The notes beneath the pieces were generated by a model that saw nothing but the letters and a program-made list of their open reading frames with translations, was not told the DNA's origin and searched no databases. The position numbers and the translations under genes were made by a program. 64,000 nt of DNA from Octopus vulgaris (lineage: Eukaryota). Shown in pieces: positions 54,079 to 64,000 of this stretch (position 1 is its first letter; each line of letters starts with the position of its first letter). Location of the stretch: NCBI GenBank assembly GCA_951406725.2, contig OX597835.1, positions 2,914,001-2,978,000 of the forward strand. The letters are read 5' to 3'.

Positions 54079-54516
54079 AAAATGATGGAGGGGAAGCATA
54101 ACAGCTGTATCGATTGAGGGGTGTGTAAATGGACTTGATAGATTATTAGGTGATGTCTTAGAGAAATCATATTATTGTTGGCGATACATCAGTATATTGC
54201 AGCTATATTACATGTGTTTGCGACTAAGTGACATGTGAGGATGATTCACTCCTGAACCGAAATAGGCTCCAAGCCTCCGCATCATGCATGGATGGCTATG
54301 TGGATCACTCCTAACGAAAGCCAGAGCTTCCTCCGACCACTACATAAAAAGGATTAAGAAAAAAAATGTTATTTACATATACTTTTAATTTAGTTGTTAA
54401 CACTATTTTGCGCTTGTTTATACTCTTATGCATTCAAAGTTCACAATTTTCCATATTTAAATTATGAATCATATTCCTTTTGATAATGTCAATATGATTA
54501 GAAAACTATAAAAAGA

Positions 54517-54588
<72 letters not shown>

Positions 54589-54608
54589 TGTATATATAAG
54601 TATGTATT

Positions 54609-54641
<33 letters not shown>

Positions 54642-54671
54642 ATATAAGTATGTATATATATATACATATAC

Positions 54672-54758
<87 letters not shown>

Positions 54759-54764
54759 TGTTCA

Positions 54765-55830
54765 ATTCAAATAAAAAGGAGAAAAAGAAAAAAAAAAACA
54801 TCTGAACGTAGCAATATATTGAGACGCTCAGAGAAGGAAAAGAGTAGAAGTTTGGAGCATAACTCTCCATCTGAAGCAAGAAGAAACAGGAACGTCCATG
54901 ATAGAGGGGGGGGGAAATCACCAAAAATCACGTGCGATTACAGTTTTGAAGTAAGTGACCGGAAGTAGGAAATGCTTTCTGAAACTGGAGAAAATGGTCA
55001 GTTCGCTTGTGTGCCTGTGTGTGTAAGATAGCGTGTGGTGGTTGTGGTAGCGTGTGTATATATGGTAGCGTGTGTATGTATTATAGCGTGTGTGTGTGTG
55101 TGTGGCAGTAACTGCGTGTGTGTGTGTTTGTGTGCGCCTGGTAGCGCGTATACGTGGTAGCGTGTGTGCAGGTGGTGGTAACTGTGTGAGGAGTGCGTGT
55201 GGATTCGTTGCTGTAGCCATGTGTGTGTGAGTGTGTGTGTGCGTGCAAGTGTGTGGGTGTTGTGTGTGGTATAGGATTATAAAAAATAAGAAATGATACA
55301 AATAAATAGCGGAAAATAAAATACAAATAATACATCATAAAATTAACACATAAATAATTAAAAAACAAAAATTAGTAATAATAAATAATTAAAAAAAAGT
55401 GAAAAAGATTAAGTGAATAAATCAGTAACGTGAAAGAATTCCGGTAACAGAAATAGGATCAGAAATAGAAATAAATAAAAATTCTAAAAAGAAAAATTTC
55501 AAAAATAATTATTTGAAAATTATTTTTAAAATTATTTAAAAATTATTTTTAAAATTCATAAAAGAAATAAAACAGTAATAAAAATTAAAGGAATAAAAAT
55601 GAATGAAAAAAGGAGATAAAAACGATCGAGTAAAAAATGTTTTTTAAAAGGGTGTGTGTGTGGAAGGTTATTGAGAGGAGGGCGTTGTGTTGAGTCCGAA
55701 AGGAATTTGGGTACGTTCCAGGTAGAATATAGAGTTAGTGGATCCATGGTGTTGGGCAAGGCCGGAGAGGGTGATATTTGTGGTAGAGTGGTCGGCCAAG
55801 CGAGTGGATTTAGTGGACGGAAATTGAATA
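54765..55830 (-). mobile_element. Penelope-like retroelement 3' part (GIY-YIG endonuclease C-terminus plus pseudo-LTR)
   Basis: RLADHSTTNITLSGLAQHHGSTNS...PFGLN resembles the Penelope endonuclease end. The downstream region matches 19306-19511 and has a decayed hammerhead (cagatggagagttatgctccaaac, ~54848-54872). Confidence 0.65.
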
Positions 55831-56093
55831 TGTATAAATGTAAGATCCAGGGATCGAGATGTAGGAAGAAAGTTAGCTTCGAGCAGTCCGTAGTGAATAT
55901 AAAAATAACCAACGTTCAGGAACAATAGTGGTCTATTGAGATGGGAGGTGGCGGGAGTTTTCTTTTAACGAAGACAACCAAGGTTGCCGAGTGTGCGAAA
56001 AACGATACAAGAGTTACAGAATGGAGTATATATGTTTCATAGCGAAACATATGTAGCCTGGATTTCACATACTCCATTCCCTTAAGTCTTGTA

Positions 56094-56184
<91 letters not shown>

Positions 56185-56631
56185 AGATAGATAGATATAT
56201 AAGGACACAGGACAAAGGACACGGGAAATGTGTCAAGGCCGACAGGAAGCGTTGATGCTTCCTAGGGCTAAACAGCGGTTGTAATTCCCTTACAGGACTG
56301 TCACGTTAAGTTGACAGTATACAACCACTGTATCACTCCCCCGCCGTACATATCTCTATGAGATATTGCGAAATTTAATATTTCTGATATATATATAAAT
56401 ATATACGAGAAATGTGAGGGTAAAAGAAAATTGAATGTAGAGAGGATCAGTTGGGGAGACAAATAGTTACAAGAATTCAAGAGAATTGAGACAGACATGA
56501 CTTGAGATTAGATAGACACAATCACACACACACACACACAAACATAGAGACAAACAGACAGACAGACAGACAGACGGACAAAGGGACAGACAGACAGACG
56601 AACAAACGGACAGACAGACAGACGAATATAC

Positions 56632-56682
<51 letters not shown>

Positions 56683-56849
56683 CGGAAAGAAAAAAAGACA
56701 GACAGATAGATAGGTAGATAAACAGAGCCAGACAGAGACAGTCAGACATATAGATAGATATTCGAGCCACACTTTTGAATTACGTGTATGAATCAGCAAA
56801 TTCTTCTGAATAAACTCTACCACATATGTACACAAGCTCCTACTCAAAA

Positions 56850-56915
<66 letters not shown>

Positions 56916-57124
56916 TCAATATTCTGTTTCGTGTTTGTTCCTCCACATATATGTACACACACGCTTATGCAAACACTCACGCACATACATCTTTGTTCAT
57001 GTACGTACATTTGTATATGTGTATGTACAGAAATGATTACCTGTATACATTCAGCCATCACGATTACGTTCATACTTGTACAGACACATACATACATATA
57101 TGTGTGTGTGTGTCTGTGTGTGTA

Positions 57125-57194
<70 letters not shown>

Positions 57195-57602
57195 CATATA
57201 TACATACGTACCGATATGCATAACCATATGCACACATTATTATATGCATACATACGATCATACATAGTTGTCAGGTATAAGAACTTGCTCCAATATAATC
57301 TAATATATTTTCTCTCACACTCTTTCTTCTGTCCTCTTCCAATATTTATTTGCGCTGAAAAGAAAAAAGAAATCAATATTTTGACAGTAAAAGAAATCAA
57401 AATATTTATATACACAAGTTTTTATTAAATATATTGACGTTAAATATAATTAACCTTAATTTCTGCCTATACAATTTCTCACTATTATTAATTAATTTAG
57501 TATGGTGGATCATCGTATCGCTTTCGCTTGACGTTCACCAATATGCCGAAGCAAAAATGAATATTGTTTCTCTACGACAAGCAAACGTGAGAGCTTCTAC
57601 AT

Positions 57603-58215
57603 CAGTGGTTCTCAACCATTTTTTTAACCTGTGAATCCCTTTAATTCATATTTTACTCGAATAGACCTTCATATTCATTCTCACCCATGTTTGAAAATCA
57701 TGTTAGAGTGTTTTATAATCAAATATAATTAAATTTTATTAGAAATTGTATAAAAACTATTGTGGAGGCGCAAAGGTCCAGTGGTTAGGGCAGCGGACTC
57801 GCGGTCGGAAGATCGCAGTTTCGATTCTCAGACCGGGCATTGTTTGTGTTTATTGAGCGTTAAGACCTAAAGCTTCACGAGGCTCCGGTAGGGAGTGGTG
57901 GCGACCCCTGTTGTACTCTTTCGCCCCAACTTTCTCTCACTCTCTCTTCCTGTTTCTTGAGTAACGCTGCGATGGACTGGCGTCCCGTCCAGCTGGGGGG
58001 GAACACACACGCCACAGAAACCGGGAAACCGAGCCCATGAGCCCGGCTAGGCTTGAAAAGGGCGCATAAAAAAATGATAAAAAACTATCAAAATATTTTG
58101 CGCAGTATACGATGAGCATGAGCACATTCTTGCTTATGAATTTTAACAGCTAAAATGGATCCTCAAGGGTTATATGGACCTCCAAATTCGTGCTGATCCT
58201 GGTTGAGTACTACTG
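57603..58215. mobile_element. hAT (Charlie-like) MITE interrupted by SINE A
   Basis: TIRs cagtggttctcaacc / ggttgagtactactg. Imperfect 8-bp flanks ttctacat / ttaaacat. Confidence 0.75.
57762..58070 (+). mobile_element. SINE family A, tail 4
   Basis: Family A head. Approximate TSD aaaaactat on both sides. Confidence 0.9.
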
Positions 58216-58314
58216 TTAAACATGGTTGCACCACGTACGAGAAATAACGAACAAACCGCTCACGTATCGCGATCTTATTGAGGGAGACGTTGGACAATGT
58301 AGTTTTTGTTATAC

Positions 58315-58670
58315 AGGCAAAGCTGAGTTGTAAGGAGTTTGCTTCCCAAGAACATCGTTCAGTCCCACTACATAGCACCTTAACTGTTTTCTACTATAAC
58401 CCGAACCGACAACACAGCCATGTAGGTGGATTTGGTAAAATGGAAACTGATAAAGCCCGTCGTCTTTGAATATTACTGTTTCTGCGTTTGGCCACGACCA
58501 TCACTTCACAACCGGCATTGTGTTGTTATCTTTTTCGTAACCTAGAGATTCGGCAAAGAGACGGGTAGAATAAGTACCAGACCTTAAAATAAGTGCTAGG
58601 ATCGATTCGTTTGACCTACACCCTTTAAGGCGGTGCCCCTGAAAGGTCGCAGTCAAATGACTGGCACATC
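58315..58670 (+). mobile_element. SINE family C, diverged, no expanded microsatellite
   Basis: gttcagtcccact...ggaaactgataaagcccgtcg...gcagtcaaatgact. Confidence 0.75.
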
Positions 58671-58684
58671 TAACGTCTAAAATG

Positions 58685-58739
<55 letters not shown>

Positions 58740-60934
58740 GGGATTATCATTCCGGACAAAATACATCATAAAGGCTCTCTTGGCATACCAGGCTAACAAT
58801 ATTGCTTAGATTAGTGAAGAACTCCAAGTAATCTTTTGGTAGAGTTCGAAGTTATGGTTCATCAGAATTCTATATTGTAAACCCTTAAAGCCAGGCACTT
58901 TTCGGCACCCACCTCGTATTTTTATAGTTAGAATTCTTAGGTTTTTTTGCGTCTTAGTGTCTCTGATATCTTTTCTGTTTTTTTTTTTTTCTGAATCACC
59001 AATTTTAATGAAGTACCTGTATAATGCAACTGGAATTGGCAATGTTGTGATGTTTGAATGCCGCAGTGCAATTTTACTTTACAATATTTTCAATTGATTC
59101 GTTCCCAATAGTAACAGGAACTCCATCCTTTCTACAAGACAAGTCAAGGCTATTCTTTGTTATGTGGCCTTTATGAAAACTTCTATTTCTTTGAAAATGC
59201 TTAATTAGGCGTGATTGTAATGCCATTTAACATTCAATGAGTTAACATTCTCCGAAGAATTTTCATTCTCTGCTGAAAGCCTACTGCACCTCTCCTTGAG
59301 CTATGTAAACATTTCAAAGACAATGCATTTCAATAGCTCTCAGCTATAATGTTTAAAATTCGCCTTGGCACCAAACAACACCAGCAACAACAATAATAGT
59401 AATAATAATAAAGATAATGATGTTGATGATGGATAATAATGAAGATGAGCATCATGCTGCTGCTGCTGCTGATGATGATGGTGATGATTTCTTTATTGTT
59501 AATAATATTTTCTTATTTATACAAGAACGATAATCATTTCTTTATTAGCCACAAGGGTTTCGAAGAATTACAATAAAATACGTTGAATACTAAACAAGGG
59601 TCATACAAAAGCTTCGGGGATGAGAAGAAAGTTAAACAAAGATGGGGTGAGAAAGAAAGACGCCACGCAATTAAAGTTGGAAATAGCAGATAAGGAAAAT
59701 TACGAACGGTGATTCATTTCACAGAAAATTAACATTAAATTATAATTAAATATAATAATTAAAACGATATAATCAAAGAGGACAATGAAAACCATTCCTT
59801 TGGGTTACCGCCTACACAAGGTAGAAACTCCAAGAAACGAAATACGGTTAGAGTGCTTTATGTCTCCACCGACCTGTTACTGCTCGCAGTCTGTGTACGC
59901 AAATGCAACTGCTAAGAGTTTCCGTGTTAGTAGCTTCCAGAAGGAACCTACATCTTCAGGATACATTAAAAAACATAAAATAAAACTACTTCAATAGTTG
60001 TCACTTTGCTGTCAACAATGTAGGAAAATTTAAATTGTAAATTGTCTGCCCATTTAAAAGTGTTGCATTTAATAGAAAATAAATTCAGTTTAAATCCTAA
60101 GAATCTTTGATAGAATTTAAAAGTTTAGTTCTTTCTACCTCTACTTTCATTTTCAGAAAAATTGATGTTTCATTACTTGTTTTTCTTTAAAAGTGAATTA
60201 TTGAAATTTACGTGATGTTTCTCAGCGAATGCTCAATAAACAAGTACTCATACATATACACACACATATACATACATACATACATGCGTGTGTGTGTGTG
60301 TGTGTAATAACAGCTGACTGCACTCTATCTGACTTCAAAGCAACACGAGCTGTTGTTAGGTTGCATTGCTCGGACGGGATGTAGACATACTTTACGTAGG
60401 GTTAACCTAATTTGATGGCGTTCGCTTACAAAGGAGCTTAAACAATCAACAAGGATGTGCTGTAGTCTATACGGTCGTCAGAGAGAAAATACTTTACCCT
60501 TGTGTGGTGGGACAGCTAGGCCTAACACAGTAGGCAAAATAGGCTTTTTACGGACTTTTGTAAACACTATTAGTGTTCTTTCGACAAGTAGACATGCATG
60601 GATATGGGTACAAATTGTTTCATCTAAATTTTGTCAGGAATCCATCTTTGGCCTTTTAATTGGCTTCCATAGAAGACGTCAGTAGATATTTTAATATTCT
60701 GACGCCTGATTGAAGACCACAACTGAAGGAGAAAGTCAAATGCCAAAGATGAATCCATGTGAAGTTATTCAGCAACTCATCCCCCAAAGCATAGACTTCT
60801 TTGTAATTTGTAGATAATCAATTTCTTGTAATATAATAACATTAAGAGACACATGCACGGGGAGAGAAAAGGATTAATTCTGAAGGGTGTAACAATCTTA
60901 ATAAATGAAAGAAACTCAAACGAATCTATTGTGA

Positions 60935-61157
60935 TTTTAGTTTCAAATTTTGGCACGAGACCAGCATGTTTGGGTGGGGTAGCTCAGTCAATTAAATCGA
61001 TCCCAGTGTTCAACTGGTACATATTTTTATCGACTCCAAAAGTATGAAAGGCAAAGTCGACTCTGCCAGAAATTGAACTCAATATGAAAGTACAAACAGA
61101 CGTAATGCCGCTAAGCGTTTTAGCCTGAATGCTAACGATTCTACCAGCTCGCCGCCT
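60935..61157 (-). mobile_element. SINE family B, diverged
   Basis: Core and head ...ccagctcgccgcc. Confidence 0.78.
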
Positions 61158-61608
61158 CGAATCTCCAATACTTTTTAAAAGAAGAATGCCGAAATGAAAT
61201 GGTTGTACTCATTTGCAGCAAGTTTTGCAAAAGTTATAAGTATAAATACTCAAATGATATGAAACTGCAAACGGAATGGATTGCTATCTGCCAATGTCTT
61301 CACGTTCGTTAACAGGGACTAACTCTGGCTACGATAATACGATACAGGATTCTATAAATACTGTTAAATAGGTGCAAACCACATTCATTAAGTTTGTAAA
61401 AATGAGTTTCAAAATATGGTTAAAAACTCTGAAAATTGTTTTGCCAATAACTAATAAGTGTGTCAAGTCTTCCCTGAGGTTTTTTTTCAAGTGCTCCTGC
61501 TATGCAATTTTTAACTTGGATCTATTAATATATATATCTCTCTATCTATATACGTATTCATACATACATACATACATACATACATACATACATACATACA
61601 TACATACA

Positions 61609-61673
<65 letters not shown>

Positions 61674-61712
61674 TTAGAGATAAAACCACTATTTTTTTAA
61701 ATTCTAATATTA

Positions 61713-61789
61713 TTATATTAAATATATATAACTATCAAAAAGTATTAAACTTGTTAATACTTTTTGATAGTTATATATATTTAATATAA
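61713..61789. repeat. Perfect 36-bp inverted repeat with 5-bp loop
   Basis: 61713-61748 is the exact reverse complement of 61754-61789. Confidence 0.92.
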
Positions 61790-62864
61790 ATATATCTATA
61801 CGTATAACAGGTTGTAGTCAATGTTTATATATTTGTTTAACCGTCATCACAATCACCGTGTTATCGCGAATATTATTCCTTGTGCTCCAGAAGAAGGAAA
61901 ATGGTTTTGTATATTGGTATTGGTTGCTATTGGAAACAATTCTTACTAAGGTCTTTTGAATATATGCTCTGTTAAATATAGAGGAATCTTAGCATTGTGA
62001 TTCTAGTTTATCTAAGTGAGACATTTAATTGACGAGCATAAGCAATATCTAAGCCGGTAGCTGGTGTTATGAATGTGCGTCTACTTATCTCTGAAGATTA
62101 CATGACAAATAAACGAAATACGCCCACAGAAACGAAATATAACTTATTCATCAAAGGTCAACATCTTACTTCGGTGAAATAGCTGGCAGACTATTCAGCA
62201 TGTCAGACGGTGTTGAACAAAAGATGGGCATTAACTTAACTGCACTGTTTGACCTCCATTTTAATGTTGCTCTGGTTTTCTCCGTAAAATAATCTTCAAA
62301 ACTAGAAGTTATTGTATAAAGACAAGGATTGAGTTTAATGTTGCGATAAGCGGTTGTGCAAGATGGGGGTCTACCAAAATCGAGGTGCATTTTATGAAGT
62401 CATATCATATGCATTCTATATGTACTAGCTGACCACGTGCCTTCAATAATGACGGCTAATTGTAGTATTTTATATATATATATAAGGTACAAAATAAGAG
62501 ACATAATTATCACGCATACAAACATCCACACGCTTCTCTTGTACACGCCCACGCATACACACATATAATCACACAGAGTTGAAACGCTGATTTATACAAA
62601 TCCAAGCCAACACTGGAACTATAAAAATCTGTGAAGCTTTCCTGAAGTTTACCCTTTACGTATATATGAGCATTAATAAATATGGAAATATATGCATAAG
62701 GAAACACATAAAACAGAACATAGAAATCTGCACATATGCATACATAGATATTTATATTCAAGAAATCTTGAATTAAACTGAATGGCATGTATATATATGT
62801 ATATATCTATATCTTTATCTATCTATCTATATATGTATGTGTGTGTGCACATATATGTGTGTGT

Positions 62865-63175
62865 GTATATATATATATGTTTGTACACACACACACACAC
62901 ACATATATACATACACGTTTTGCAAGATTCTTGATGTGTATATATATATATGTTTGTACACACACACACACACACATATATACATACACGTTTTGCAAGA
63001 TTCTTGATGTGAAATTGTGAGTTGAAACAGGTATTGATATATTTGGGAATGCCATAATTTCGCAATTGTGTGCAGGCACAACACAATTGGTCTTAGCTTC
63101 AGCTTCATTGCTATTATTAAATTTTGTTTGTCAAACATCTTTTTCTCACACATTCTGTCACCTCTTCAGCAACTC
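62865..63175. mobile_element. Penelope-like terminal fragment preceded by a ~72-bp tandem duplication
   Basis: gcaagattcttgatgt occurs twice. Homologous to 36520-36690. Minus-strand CTGAAGA...GAAA at 63142-63169. Confidence 0.5.
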
Positions 63176-63196
63176 TCTGTTCCATGCGTTACCTCT

Positions 63197-63246
<50 letters not shown>

Positions 63247-63423
63247 TGTATATACAAACATCTCTCTCTCATTTATATATATATATATATATAAATGTAT
63301 GTGTACATACAATATATATATATATATAAATAGATAGAAAGATACGCACACACACACATACATACATGCATACATAATTATTCTGACAAGTTGTGGTGCA
63401 CCTGAGCACTGTATACAATAATT

Positions 63424-63475
<52 letters not shown>

Positions 63476-63564
63476 ACTTTTGTTTGTTAGAAATGATAGA
63501 TGGAACGCCGCACCCAATCAGATCACTAAAAGGAATCGTATGTGCATACACAACCACATTTATA

Positions 63565-63626
<62 letters not shown>

Positions 63627-63643
63627 CATATATATATATTGAC

Positions 63644-63710
<67 letters not shown>

Positions 63711-64000
63711 CGAGGATGTCCTTACCTACACCTGTTTACAGCCCTGTGCCAAGTTTGTAAATATGAATATGAATTAATAAGTCTAAACACCTGAATAACT
63801 TCAATCGCTAGCGCTACTCCACCTTTAAACAAATAATCATGGTTAGAAATCAATATTTCATTCTGTCTGCCAGTAATCAAGCAAAAGTTGAATCAGTCTT
63901 AATTAGAAAATAACCATATTCAATTATATTAGATTACATATCACGCTCAAATTATTTGAAATTCCAGCAACGATAGTCACCAAATCAAAGTAGTCGCTTC

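Noticed and set aside
54235-54340. GC-richer stretch considered as an HDV-like ribozyme
   Set aside because: I could not assign the nested P1-P4 pairings by eye, so it is unsupported without a descriptor search.
59000-60830. Unique-looking sequence examined for exons
   Set aside because: The frames I translated contain stops or unrecognisable peptides, with no convincing splice pairs.

Overview
Eukaryotic, AT-rich, repeat-saturated non-coding DNA (intronic or intergenic), most likely from an octopus (inferred from the SINE families and extreme microsatellite density). No host protein-coding exon, rRNA, tRNA gene or CRISPR array can be supported, and nearly all listed ORFs are translations of microsatellites. 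The window is a mosaic of: four tRNA-derived or tRNA-like SINE families (labelled A-D here); decayed mariner/Tc1 transposons; R4/Dong-type and RTE-type LINE fragments; Penelope-like relics; one Helitron-type and two Helentron-type non-autonomous elements; piggyBac- and hAT-type MITEs; and a decayed DDE integrase. Most notable are an apparently intact type I hammerhead ribozyme at 29440-29512 with several related motifs, repeated fold-back inversions next to (TA)n tracts, a SINE that repeatedly inserts into its own family at a GGTA site, and head/tail swapping among SINE families. All assignments come from manual reading and translation, not database searches.
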